DNA of 64,000 nt from Eledone cirrhosa (lineage: Eukaryota). The notes below the pieces were generated by a model. That model saw only the letters and a list, made by a program, of their open reading frames with translations, was not told the DNA's origin and ran no database searches. The stretch spans positions 373,054,001-373,118,000 of the forward strand of contig OZ024742.1 in assembly GCA_964016885.1 (NCBI GenBank), given 5' to 3'. Below are positions 15,291 to 30,800 of this stretch, piece after piece (within the stretch, counting starts at the first letter, position 1; each line of letters starts with the position of its first letter). Position numbers and translations under genes: made by a program.

Positions 15291-18200
15291 TATATGAACT
15301 GTAAATCTCATTCTATAAATTGTAAAGCTCTTTCTATATAAACTGTAAATCTCATTCTATATAAACTGTAAATCTCATTCTATAAACTGTAAATCTCTTT
15401 CTATATAAACTGTAAATCTCATTCTATATAAACTGTAAATCTCATTCTATATAAACTGTAAATCTCATTCTATATAAACTGTAAATCTCATTCTATAAAC
15501 TGTAAATCTCATTCTATATGAACTGTAAATCTCATTCTATAAATTGTAAAGCTCTTTCTATATACACTGTTAATCTCATTCTACATAAATTGTAAATCTC
15601 ATTCTATATAAACTGTAAATCTCATTCTATAAACTGTAAATCTCTTTCTATATAAACTGTAAATCTCATTCTATATAAACTGTAAATCCTATTCTATATA
15701 AACTGTAAATCTCATTCTATATAAACTGTAAATCTCATTCTATAAACTGTAAATCTCTTTCTATATACACTGTTAATCTCATTCTATATAAACTGTCAAT
15801 CTCATTCTATATAAACTGTAAATCTCATTCTATATAAACTGTAAATCTCTTTCTATATAAACTGTAAATCTCATTCTATATAAACTGTAAATCTCATTCT
15901 ATAAACTGTAAATCTTATTCTATATAAACTATAAATCTCATTCTATAAACTGTAAATCTCATTCTATATAAACTGTAAATCTCATTCTATAAACTGTAAA
16001 TCTCTTTCTATATACACTGTTAATCTCATTCTATATAAACTGTCAATCTCATTCTATATAAACTGTAAATCTAATTCTATATAAACTGTAAATCTCATTC
16101 TATATAAACTGTAAATCTCTTTCTATATAAACTGTAAATCTCATTCTATATAAACTGTAAATCCCATTCTATAAACTGTAAATCTCTTTCTATATAACCT
16201 GTAAATCTCTTTCTATATAAACTGTAAATCTCATGCTATAAACTGTAAATCTCATTCTATATAAACTGTAAATCTCTTTCTATATAAACTGTAAATCTGA
16301 TTCTATATAAACTGTAAATCTCATTCTATATAAACTGTGAATCTCATTCTATATAAACTGTAATTCTCATTCTATATTAACTGTAAATCTCATTCTATAA
16401 ACTGTGAATCTCATTCTATATACACTGTAAATCTCATTCTATATAAACTGTAAATCTCTTTCTATATAAACTGTAAATTTCATTCTATAAACTCTAAATC
16501 TCTTTCTATATAAACTGTAAATCTCATTCTATATAAACTGTAAATCTCATTCTATATAAACTGAATCTCATTCTATATAAACTGTAAATCTCATTCTATA
16601 TAAACTGTAAATATCATTCTATAAACTGTAAATCACTTTCTATATAAACTGTAAATCTCATTCTATATAAGCTGTAAATCTCATTCTATTAACTGTAAAT
16701 CTCATTCTATATAAACTGTAAATCTCATTCTATATAAACTGTATATATCATTCTATAAACTGTAAATCTCAGTCTATAAACTGTAAATCTCTTTCTATAT
16801 AAACTGTAAATCTCTTTCTATATGAACTGTAAATCTCTTTCTATATAAACTGTAAATCTCATTCTATATAAGCTGTAAATCTCATTCTATGAACTGTAAA
16901 TCTCTTTCTATATAAACTGTAAATCTCATTCTACATAAACTGTAAATCTCATTCTATAAACTGTAAATCTCTTTCTATATAAACTGTAAATCTCATTCTA
17001 TATAAACTGTAAATCTCTTTCTATATAAACTGTAAATTTCATTCTATAAACTGTAAATCTCTTTCTATATAAACTGTAAATCTCATTCTATATAAACTGT
17101 ACATCTCTTTCTATATAAACTGTAAATCCCATTCTATATAAACTGTGAATCTCATTCTATATAAACTGTAAATCTCTTTCTATATAAACTGTAAATCTCA
17201 TTCTATATAAACTGTAAATCTCATTCTATATAAACTGTAAATCTCATTCTATAAACTGTAAATCTCTTTCTATATCAACTGTAAATCTCATTCTATATAA
17301 GCTGTAAATCTCATTCTATTACCTGGAGATCTCTTTCTATAAACTGTAAATCTCTTTCTATATAAACTGTAAATCTCATTCTACATAAACTGTAAATCTC
17401 TTTCTATATAAACTGTAAATCTCATTCTATATAAACTGTAAATCTCATTCTATATAAACTGTAAATCTCATTCTATATAAACTGTAAATCTCTTTCTAAA
17501 TAAACTGTAAATCTCATTCTATATAAGCTGTAAATCGCATTCTATATGAACTGTAAATCTCATTCTATATAAACTGTAAATCTCTTTCTATATAAACTGT
17601 AAATCTCATTCTATATAAACTGTAAATCTCATTCTATAAACTGTAAATCTCTTTCTATATAAACTGTAAATCTCATTCTATATAAACTGTAAATCTCATT
17701 CTATATAAACTGTAAATCTCATTCTATATAAACTGTAAATCTCATTCTATAAACTGTAAATCTCATTCTATATGAACTGTAAATCTCATTCTATAAATTG
17801 TAAAGCTCTTTCTATATAAACTGTAAATCTCATTCTATATAAACTGTAAATCTCATTCTATAAACTGTAAATCTCTTTCTATATAAACTGTAAATCTCAT
17901 TCTATATAAACTGTAAATCTCATTCTATATAAACTGTAAATCTCATTCTATATAAACTGTAAATCTCATTCTATAAACTGTAAATCTCATTCTATATGAA
18001 CTGTAAATCTCATTCTATAAATTGTAAAGCTCTTTCTATATACACTGTTACTCTCATTCTACATAAACTGTAATTCTCATTCTATATAAACTGTAAATCT
18101 CATTCTATATAAACTGTAAATCTCTTTCTATATAAACTGTAAATCTCATTCTATATAAACTGTAAATCTCATTCTATAAACTGTAAATCTCTTTCTATAT

Positions 18201-21200
18201 AAACTGTAAATCTCATTCTATATAAACTGTAAATCTCATTCTATATAAACTGTAAATCTCATTCTATATAAACTGTAAATCTCATTCTATAAACTGTAAA
18301 TCTCATTCTATATGAACTGTAAATCTCATTCTATAAATTGTAAAGCTCTTTCTATATACACTGTTAATCTCATTCTACATAAATTGTAAATCTCATTCTA
18401 TATAAACTGTAAATCTCATTCTATAAACTGTAAATCTCTTTCTATATAAACTGTAAATCTCATTCTATATAAACTGTAAATCCTATTCTATATAAACTGT
18501 AAATCTCATTCTATATAAACTGTAAATCTCATTCTATAAACTGTAAATCTCTTTCTATATACACTGTTAATCTCATTCTATATAAACTGTCAATCTCATT
18601 CTATATTAACTGTAAATCTCATTCTATATAAACTGTAAATCTCTTTCTATATAAACTGTAAATCTCATTCTATATAAACTGTAAATCTCATTCTATAAAC
18701 TGTAAATCTTATTCTATATAAACTATAAATCTCATTCTATAAACTGTAAATCTCATTCTATATAAACTGTAAATCTCATTCTATAAACTGTAAATCTCTT
18801 TCTATATACACTGTTAATCTCATTCTATATAAACTGTCAATCTCATTCTATATAAACTGTAAATCTAATTCTATATAAACTGTAAATCTCATTCTATATA
18901 AACTGTAAATCTCTTTCTATATAAACTGTAAATCTCATTCTATATAAACTGTAAATCCCATTCTATAAACTGTAAGTCTCTTTCTATATAACCTGTAAAT
19001 CTCTTTCTATATAAACTGTAAATCTCATGCTATAAACTGTAAATCTCATTCTATATAAACTGTAAATCTCTTTCTATATAAACTGTAAATCTGATTCTAT
19101 ATAAACTGTAAATCTCATTCTATATAAACTGTGAATCTCATTCTATATAAACTGTAATTCTCATTCTATATTAACTGTAAATCTCATTCTATAAACTGTG
19201 AATCTCATTCTATATAAACTGTAAATCTCATTCTATAAATTGTAAATCTCATTCTATGACCTGTAAATCTCTTTCTATATAAACTGTAAATCTCATTCTA
19301 TATAAACTGTAAATCTCATTCTATAAACTGTAAATCTCTTTCTGTATAAACTGTAAATCTCATTCTATATAAACTGTAAATCTCTTTCTATATAAACTGT
19401 AAATTTCATTCTATACACTGTAAATATCTTTCTATATAAACTGTAAATCTCATTCTATATAAACTGTAAATCTCTTTCCATATAAACTGTAAATCTCATT
19501 CTATATAAGCTGTAAATCTCATTCTATAAACTGTACATCTCTTTCTATATAAACTGTAAATCCCATTCTATATAAACTGTATATATCATTCTATAAACTG
19601 TAAATCTCATTCTATAAACTGTAAATCTCTTTCTATATAAACTGTAAATCTCATTCTATATAAACTGTAAATCTCTTTCTATATAAACTGTAAATCTCAT
19701 TCTATATAAACTGTAAATCTCATTCTATATAAACTGTAAATCTCATTCTATAAACTGTAAATCTCTTTCTATATAAACTGTAAATCTCATTCTATATACA
19801 CTGTATATATCATTCTATAAACTGTAAATCTCAGTCTATAAACTGTAAATCTCTTTCTATATAAACTGTAAATCTCTTTCTATATGAACTGTAAATCTCT
19901 TTCTATATAAACTGTTAATCTCATTCTATATAAGCTGTAAATCTCATTCTATGAACTGTAAATCTCTTTCTATATAAACTGTAAATCTCATTCTATATAA
20001 ACTGTAAATCTCATTCTATAAACTGTAAATCTCTTTCTATATAAACTGTAAATCTCATTCTATATAAACTGTAAATCTCTTTCTATATAAACTGTAAATT
20101 TCATTCTATAAACTGTAAATCTCTTTCTATATAAACTGTAAATCTCATTCTATATAAACTGTAAATCTCTTTCTATATAAACTGTAAATCTCATTCTATA
20201 TAAACTGTGAATCTCATTCTATATAAACTGTAAATCTCTTTCTATATGAAATGTAAATCTCATTCTATATAAACTGTAAATCTCATTCTATATAAACTGT
20301 AAATCTCATTGTATAAACTGTAAATCTCTTTCTATATAAACTGTAAATCTCATTCTATATAAGCTGTAAATCTCATTCTATTAACTGTAAATCTCTTTCT
20401 ATATAAACTGTAAATCTCATTCTATATAAACTGTATATATCATTCTATAAACTGTAAATCCCAGTCTATAAACTGTAAATCTCTTTCTATATAAACTGTA
20501 AATCTCTTTCTATATGAACTGTAAATCTCTTTCTATATAAACTGTAAATCTCATTCTATATAAGCTGTAAAACTCATTCTATGAACTGTAAATCTCTTTC
20601 TATATAAACTGTAAATCTCATTCTACATAAACTGTAAATCTCATTCTTTAAACTGTAAATCTCTTTCTATAGAAACTGTAAATCTCATTCTATATAAACT
20701 GTAAATCTCTTTCTATATGAACTGTAAATTTCATTCTATAAACTGTAAATCTCTTTCTATATAAACTGTAAATATCATTCTATATAAACTGTAAATCTCT
20801 TTCTATATAAACTGTAAATCCCATTCTATATAAACTGTGAATCTCATTCTATATAAACTGTAAATCTCTTTCTATATAAACTGTAAATCTCATTCTATAT
20901 AAACTGTAAATCTCTTTCTATATGAACTGTAAATCTCTTTCTATATAAACTGTAAATCTCATTCTATATAAGCTGTAAAACTCATTCTATGAACTGTAAA
21001 TCTCTTTCTATATAAACTGTAAATCTCATTCTACATAAACTGTAAATCTCATTCTTTAAACTGTAAATCTCTTTCTATAGAAACTGTAAATCTCATTCTA
21101 TATAAACTGTAAATCTCTTTCTATATGAACTGTAAATTTCATTCTATAAACTGTAAATCTCTTTCTATATAAACTGTAAATATCATTCTATATAAACTGT

Positions 21201-24200
21201 AAATCTCTTTCTATATAAACTGTAAATCCCATTCTATATAAACTGTGAATCTCATTCTATATAAACTGTAAATCTCATTCTATATAAACTGTAAATCTCT
21301 TTCTAAATAAACTGTAAATCTCATTCTATATAAGCTGTAAATCTCATTCTATATGAACTGTAAATCTCATTCTATATAAACTGTAAATCTCTTTCTATAT
21401 AAACTGTAAATCTCATTCTATATAAACTGTAAATCTCATTCTATAAACTGTAAATCTCTTTCTATATAAACTGTAAATCTCATTCTATATAAACTGTAAA
21501 TCTCATTCTATATAAACTGTAAATCTCATTCTATATAAACTGTAAATCTCATTCTATATGAACTGTAAATCTCATTCTATAAATTGTAAAGCTCTTTCTA
21601 TATAAACTGTAAATCTCATTCTATATAAACTGTAAATCTCATTCTATAAACTGTAAATCTCTTTCTATATAAACTGTAAATCTCATTCTATATAAACTGT
21701 AAATCTCATTCTATATAAACTGTAAATCTCATTCTATATAAACTGTAAATCTCATTCTATAAACTGTAAATCTCATTCTATATGAACTGTAAATCTCATT
21801 CTATAAATTGTAAAGCTCTTTCTATATACACTGTTAATCTCATTCTACATAAATTGTAAATCTCATTCTATATAAACTGTAAATCTCATTCTATAAACTG
21901 TAAATCTCTTTCTATATAAACTGTAAATCTCATTCTATATAAACTGTAAATCCTATTCTATATAAACTGTAAATCTCATTCTATATAAACTGTAAATCTC
22001 ATTCTATAAACTGTAAATCTCTTTCTATATACACTGTTAATCTCATTCTATATAAACTGTCAATCTCATTCTATATAAACTGTAAATCTCATTCTATATA
22101 AACTGTAAATCTCTTTCTATATAAACTGTAAATCTCATTCTATATAAACTGTAAATCTCATTCTATAAACTGTAAATCTTATTCTATATAAACTATAAAT
22201 CTCATTCTATAAACTGTAAATCTCATTCTATATAAACTGTAAATCTCATTCTATAAACTGTAAATCTCTTTCTATATACACTGTTAATCTCATTCTATAT
22301 AAACTGTCAATCTCATTCTATATAAACTGTAAATCTAATTCTATATAAACTGTAAATCTCATTCTATATAAACTGTAAATCTCTTTCTATATAAACTGTA
22401 AATCTCATTCTATATAAACTGTAAATCCCATTCTATAAACTGTAAATCTCTTTCTATATAACCTGTAAATCTCTTTCTATATAAACTGTAAATCTCATGC
22501 TATAAACTGTAAATCTCATTCTATATAAACTGTAAATCTCTTTCTATATAAACTGTAAATCTGATTCTATATAAACTGTAAATCTCATTCTATATAAACT
22601 GTGAATCTCATTCTATATAAACTGTAATTCTCATTCTATATTAACTGTAAATCTCATTCTATAAACTGTGAATCTCATTCTATATACACTGTAAATCTCA
22701 TTCTATATAAACTGTAAATCTCTTTCTATATAAACTGTAAATTTCATTCTATAAACTCTAAATCTCTTTCTATATAAACTGTAAATCTCATTCTATATAA
22801 ACTGTAAATCTCATTCTATATAAACTGAATCTCATTCTATATAAACTGTAAATCTCATTCTATATAAACTGTAAATATCATTCTATAAACTGTAAATCAC
22901 TTTCTATATAAACTGTAAATCTCATTCTATATAAGCTGTAAATCTCATTCTATTAACTGTAAATCTCATTCTATATAAACTGTAAATCTCATTCTATATA
23001 AACTGTATATATCATTCTATAAACTGTAAATCTCAGTCTATAAACTGTAAATCTCTTTCTATATAAACTGTAAATCTCTTTCTATATGAACTGTAAATCT
23101 CTTTCTATATAAACTGTAAATCTCATTCTATATAAGCTGTAAATCTCATTCTATGAACTGTAAATCTCTTTCTATATAAACTGTAAATCTCATTCTACAT
23201 AAACTGTAAATCTCATTCTATAAACTGTAAATCTCTTTCTATATAAACTGTAAATCTCATTCTATATAAACTGTAAATCTCTTTCTATATAAACTGTAAA
23301 TTTCATTCTATAAACTGTAAATCTCTTTCTATATAAACTGTAAATCTCATTCTATATAAACTGTACATCTCTTTCTATATAAACTGTAAATCCCATTCTA
23401 TATAAACTGTGAATCTCATTCTATATAAACTGTAAATCTCTTTCTATATAAACTGTAAATCTCATTCTATATAAACTGTAAATCTCATTCTATATAAACT
23501 GTAAATCTCATTCTATAAACTGTAAATCTCTTTCTATATCAACTGTAAATCTCATTCTATATAAGCTGTAAATCTCATTCTATTACCTGGAGATCTCTTT
23601 CTATAAACTGTAAATCTCTTTCTATATAAACTGTAAATCTCATTCTACATAAACTGTAAATCTCTTTCTATATAAACTGTAAATCTCATTCTATATAAAC
23701 TGTAAATCTCATTCTATATAAACTGTAAATCTCATTCTATATAAACTGTAAATCTCTTTCTAAATAAACTGTAAATCTCATTCTATATAAGCTGTAAATC
23801 GCATTCTATATGAACTGTAAATCTCATTCTATATAAACTGTAAATCTCTTTCTATATAAACTGTAAATCTCATTCTATATAAACTGTAAATCTCATTCTA
23901 TAAACTGTAAATCTCTTTCTATATAAACTGTAAATCTCATTCTATATAAACTGTAAATCTCATTCTATATAAACTGTAAATCTCATTCTATATAAACTGT
24001 AAATCTCATTCTATAAACTGTAAATCTCATTCTATATGAACTGTAAATCTCATTCTATAAATTGTAAAGCTCTTTCTATATAAACTGTAAATCTCATTCT
24101 ATATAAACTGTAAATCTCATTCTATAAACTGTAAATCTCTTTCTATATAAACTGTAAATCTCATTCTATATAAACTGTAAATCTCATTCTATATAAACTG

Positions 24201-27170
24201 TAAATCTCATTCTATATAAACTGTAAATCTCATTCTATAAACTGTAAATCTCATTCTATATGAACTGTAAATCTCATTCTATAAATTGTAAAGCTCTTTC
24301 TATATACACTGTTACTCTCATTCTACATAAACTGTAATTCTCATTCTATATAAACTGTAAATCTCATTCTATATAAACTGTAAATCTCTTTCTATATAAA
24401 CTGTAAATCTCATTCTATATAAACTGTAAATCTCATTCTATAAACTGTAAATCTCTTTCTATATAAACTGTAAATCTCATTCTATATAAACTGTAAATCT
24501 CATTCTATATAAACTGTAAATCTCATTCTATATAAACTGTAAATCTCATTCTATAAACTGTAAATCTCATTCTATATGAACTGTAAATCTCATTCTATAA
24601 ATTGTAAAGCTCTTTCTATATACACTGTTAATCTCATTCTACATAAATTGTAAATCTCATTCTATATAAACTGTAAATCTCATTCTATAAACTGTAAATC
24701 TCTTTCTATATAAACTGTAAATCTCATTCTATATAAACTGTAAATCCTATTCTATATAAACTGTAAATCTCATTCTATATAAACTGTAAATCTCATTCTA
24801 TAAACTGTAAATCTCTTTCTATATACACTGTTAATCTCATTCTATATAAACTGTCAATCTCATTCTATATTAACTGTAAATCTCATTCTATATAAACTGT
24901 AAATCTCTTTCTATATAAACTGTAAATCTCATTCTATATAAACTGTAAATCTCATTCTATAAACTGTAAATCTTATTCTATATAAACTATAAATCTCATT
25001 CTATAAACTGTAAATCTCATTCTATATAAACTGTAAATCTCATTCTATAAACTGTAAATCTCTTTCTATATACACTGTTAATCTCATTCTATATAAACTG
25101 TCAATCTCATTCTATATAAACTGTAAATCTAATTCTATATAAACTGTAAATCTCATTCTATATAAACTGTAAATCTCTTTCTATATAAACTGTAAATCTC
25201 ATTCTATATAAACTGTAAATCCCATTCTATAAACTGTAAGTCTCTTTCTATATAACCTGTAAATCTCTTTCTATATAAACTGTAAATCTCATGCTATAAA
25301 CTGTAAATCTCATTCTATATAAACTGTAAATCTCTTTCTATATAAACTGTAAATCTGATTCTATATAAACTGTAAATCTCATTCTATATAAACTGTGAAT
25401 CTCATTCTATATAAACTGTAATTCTCATTCTATATTAACTGTAAATCTCATTCTATAAACTGTGAATCTCATTCTATATAAACTGTAAATCTCATTCTAT
25501 AAATTGTAAATCTCATTCTATGACCTGTAAATCTCTTTCTATATAAACTGTAAATCTCATTCTATATAAACTGTAAATCTCATTCTATAAACTGTAAATC
25601 TCTTTCTGTATAAACTGTAAATCTCATTCTATATAAACTGTAAATCTCTTTCTATATAAACTGTAAATTTCATTCTATACACTGTAAATATCTTTCTATA
25701 TAAACTGTAAATCTCATTCTATATAAACTGTAAATCTCTTTCCATATAAACTGTAAATCTCATTCTATATAAGCTGTAAATCTCATTCTATAAACTGTAC
25801 ATCTCTTTCTATATAAACTGTAAATCCCATTCTATATAAACTGTATATATCATTCTATAAACTGTAAATCTCATTCTATAAACTGTAAATCTCTTTCTAT
25901 ATAAACTGTAAATCTCATTCTATATAAACTGTAAATCTCTTTCTATATAAACTGTAAATCTCATTCTATATAAACTGTAAATCTCATTCTATATAAACTG
26001 TAAATCTCATTCTATAAACTGTAAATCTCTTTCTATATAAACTGTAAATCTCATTCTATATACACTGTATATATCATTCTATAAACTGTAAATCTCAGTC
26101 TATAAACTGTAAATCTCTTTCTATATAAACTGTAAATCTCTTTCTATATGAACTGTAAATCTCTTTCTATATAAACTGTTAATCTCATTCTATATAAGCT
26201 GTAAATCTCATTCTATGAACTGTAAATCTCTTTCTATATAAACTGTAAATCTCATTCTATATAAACTGTAAATCTCATTCTATAAACTGTAAATCTCTTT
26301 CTATATAAACTGTAAATCTCATTCTATATAAACTGTAAATCTCTTTCTATATAAACTGTAAATTTCATTCTATAAACTGTAAATCTCTTTCTATATAAAC
26401 TGTAAATCTCATTCTATATAAACTGTAAATCTCTTTCTATATAAACTGTAAATCTCATTCTATATAAACTGTGAATCTCATTCTATATAAACTGTAAATC
26501 TCTTTCTATATGAAATGTAAATCTCATTCTATATAAACTGTAAATCTCATTCTATATAAACTGTAAATCTCATTGTATAAACTGTAAATCTCTTTCTATA
26601 TAAACTGTAAATCTCATTCTATATAAGCTGTAAATCTCATTCTATTAACTGTAAATCTCTTTCTATATAAACTGTAAATCTCATTCTATATAAACTGTAT
26701 ATATCATTCTATAAACTGTAAATCCCAGTCTATAAACTGTAAATCTCTTTCTATATAAACTGTAAATCTCTTTCTATATGAACTGTAAATCTCTTTCTAT
26801 ATAAACTGTAAATCTCATTCTATATAAGCTGTAAAACTCATTCTATGAACTGTAAATCTCTTTCTATATAAACTGTAAATCTCATTCTACATAAACTGTA
26901 AATCTCATTCTTTAAACTGTAAATCTCTTTCTATAGAAACTGTAAATCTCATTCTATATAAACTGTAAATCTCTTTCTATATGAACTGTAAATTTCATTC
27001 TATAAACTGTAAATCTCTTTCTATATAAACTGTAAATATCATTCTATATAAACTGTAAATCTCTTTCTATATAAACTGTAAATCCCATTCTATATAAACT
27101 GTGAATCTCATTCTATATAAACTGTAAATCTCTTTCTATATAAACTGTAAATCTCATTCTATATAAACTG
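14985..27170. repeat. Near-tandem duplication with 6264-bp period (~14985-20900 and ~21250-27170)
   Basis: Markers pair at +6264: CTAAATAA 15041/21305, ACTGAATC 16563/22827, ACCTGGAGATCT 17321/23585, ATGACCTG 19258/25522, TCATTCTTTA 20641/26905. Confidence 0.92.
20495..21270. repeat. Local 408-bp tandem duplication (consistent with 15x23 + 3x21, 18 monomers)
   Basis: AGCTGTAAAACTC at 20564/20972 and TCATTCTTTA at 20641/21049, both +408. Confidence 0.85.
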
Positions 27171-30100
27171 TAAATCTCATTCTATATAAACTGTAAATCT
27201 CATTCTATAAACTGTAAATCTCTTTCTATATCAACTGTAAATCTCATTCTATATAAGCCGTAAATCTCATTCTATTAACTGGAAATCTCTTTCTATAAAC
27301 TGTAAATCTCTTTCTATATAAACTGTAAATCTCATTCTACATAAACTGTAAATCTCTTTCTATATAAACTGTAAATCTCATTCTATATAAACTGTAAATC
27401 TCATTCTATATAAACTGTAAATCTCATTCTATATAAACTGTAAATCTCTTTCTAAATAAACTGTAAATCTCATTCTATATAAGCTGTAAATCTCATTCTA
27501 TATGAACTGTAAATCTCATTCTATATAAACTGTAAATCTCTTTCTATATAAACTGTAAATCTCATTCTATATAAACTCTAAATCTCATTCTATAAACTGT
27601 AAATCTCTTTCTATATAAACTGTAAATCTCATTCTATATAAACTGTAAATCTCATTCTATATAAACTGTAAATCGCATTCTGTATAAACTGTAAATCTCA
27701 TTCTATAAACTGTAAATCTCATTCTATATGAACTGTAAATCTCATTCTATAAATTGTAAAGCTCTTTCTATATAAACTGTAAATCTCATTCTATATAAAC
27801 TGTAAATCTCATTCTATAAACTGTAAATCTCTTTCTATATAAACTGTAAATCTCATTCTATATAAACTGTAAATCTCATTCTATATAAACTGTAAATCTC
27901 ATTCTATATAAACTGTAAATCTCATTCTATAAACTGTAAATCTCATTCTATATGAACTGTAAATCTCATTCTATGAATTGTAAAGCTCTTTCTATATACA
28001 CTGTTAATCTCATTCTACATAAACTGTAAATCTCATTCTATATAAACTGTAAATCTCTTTCTATATAAACTGTAAATCTCATTCTATAAACTGTAAATCT
28101 CATTCTATATAAACTGTGAATCTCATTCTATATACACTGTAAATCTCATTCTATATAAACTGTAAATCTCTTTCTATATAAACTGTAAATTTCATTCTAT
28201 AAACTCTAAATCTCTTTCTATATAAACTGTAAATCTCATTCTATATAAACTGTAAATCTCATTCTATATAAACTGAATCTCATTCTATATAAACTGTAAA
28301 TCTCATTCTATATAAACTGTAAATATCATTCTATAAACTGTAAATCACTTTCTATATAAACTGTAAATCTCATTCTATATAAGCTGTAAATCTCATTCTA
28401 TTAACTGTAAATCTCATTCTATATAAACTGTAAATCTCATTCTATATAAACTGTATATATCATTCTATAAACTGTAAATCTCAGTCTATAAACTGTAAAT
28501 CTCTTTCTATATAAACTGTAAATCTCTTTCTATATGAACTGTAAATCTCTTTCTATATAAACTGTAAATCTCATTCTATATAAGCTGTAAATCTCATTCT
28601 ATGAACTGTAAATCTCTTTCTATATAAACTGTAAATCTCATTCTACATAAACTGTAAATCTCATTCTATAAACTGTAAATCTCTTTCTATATAAACTGTA
28701 AATCTCATTCTATATAAACTGTAAATCTCTTTCTATATAAACTGTAAATTTCATTCTATAAACTGTAAATCTCTTTCTATATAAACTGTAAATCTCATTC
28801 TATATAAACTGTACATCTCTTTCTATATAAACTGTAAATCCCATTCTATATAAACTGTGAATCTCATTCTATATAAACTGTAAATCTCTTTCTATATAAA
28901 CTGTAAATCTCATTCTATATAAACTGTAAATCTCATTCTATATAAACTGTAAATCTCATTCTATAAACTGTAAATCTCTTTGTATATCAACTGTAAATCT
29001 CATTCTATATAAGCTGTAAATCTCATTCTATTAACTGGAAATCTCTTTCTATAAACTGTAAATCTCTTTCTATATAAACTGTAAATCTCATTCTACATAA
29101 ACTGTAAATCTCTTTCTATATAAACTGTAAATCTCATTCTATATAAACTGTAAATCTCATTCTATATAAACTGTAAATCTCATTCTATATAAACTGTAAA
29201 TCTCTTTCTAAATAAACTGTAAATCTCATTCTATATAAGCTGTAAATCGCATTCTATATGAACTGTAAATCTCATTCTATATAAACTGTAAATCTCTTTC
29301 TATATAAACTGTAAATCTCATTCTATATAAACTGTAAATCTCATTCTATAAACTGTAAATCTCTTTCTATATAAACTGTAAATCTCATTCTATATAAACT
29401 GTAAATCTCATTCTATATAAACTGTAAATCTCATTCTATATAAACTGTAAATCTCATTCTATAAACTGTAAATCTCATTCTATATGAACTGTAAATCTCA
29501 TTCTATAAATTGTAAAGCTCTTTCTATATAAACTGTAAATCTCATTCTATATAAACTGTAAATCTCATTCTATAAACTGTAAATCTCTTTCTATATAAAC
29601 TGTAAATCTCATTCTATATAAACTGTAAATCTCATTCTATATAAACTGTAAATCTCATTCTATATAAACTGTAAATCTCATTCTATAAACTGTAAATCTC
29701 ATTCTATATGAACTGTAAATCTCATTCTATAAATTGTAAAGCTCTTTCTATATACACTGTTAATCTCATTCTACATAAACTGTAAATCTCATTCTATATA
29801 AACTGTAAATCTCATTCTATATAAACTGTAAATCTCTTTCTATATAAACTGTAAATCTCATTCTATATAAACTGTAAATCTCATTCTATAAACTGTAAAT
29901 CTCTTTCTATATAAACTGTAAATCTCATTCTATATAAACTGTAAATCTCATTCTATATAAACTGTAAATCTCATTCTATAAACTGTAAATCTCATTCTAT
30001 ATGAACTGTAAATCTCATTCTATAAATTGTAAAGCTCTTTCTATATACACTGTTAATCTCATTCTACATAAATTGTAAATCTCATTCTATATAAACTGTA

Positions 30101-30800
30101 AATCTCATTCTATAAACTGTAAATCTCTTTCTATATAAACTGTAAATCTCATTCTATATAAACTGTAAATCTCATTCTATATAAACTGTAAATCTCATTC
30201 TATATAAACTGTAAATCTCATTCTATAAACTGTAAATCTCTTTCTATATACACTGTTAATCTCATTCTATATAAACTGTCAATCTCATTCTATATAAACT
30301 GTAAATCTCATTCTATATAAACTGTAAATCTCTTTCTATATAAACTGTAAATCTCATTCTATATAAACTGTAAATCTCATTCTATAAACTGTAAATCTCA
30401 TTCTATATAAACTATAAATCTCATTCTATAAACTGTAAATCTCATTCTATATAAACTGTAAATCTCATTCTATAAACTGTAAATCTCTTTCTATATACAC
30501 TGTTAATCTCATTCTATATAAACTGTCAATCTCATTCTATATAAACTGTAAATCTAATTCTATATAAACTGTAAACCTCATTCTATATAAACTGTAAATC
30601 TCTTTCTATATAAACTGTAAATCTCATTCTATATAAAATGTAAATCCCATTCTATAAACTGTAAATCTCTTTCTATATAACCTGTAAATCTCTTTCTATA
30701 TAAACTGTAAATCTCATGCTATAAACTGTAAATCTCATTCTATATAAACTGTAAATCTCTTTCTATATAAACTGTAAATCTGATTCTATATAAACTGTAA
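22650..30800. repeat. Duplicated block ~22650-25400 repeated at ~28100-30800 (offset 5448 bp, with small monomer indels distally)
   Basis: ACTGAATC 22827/28275 and AATCGCATT 23801/29249, both +5448. Confidence 0.75.
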
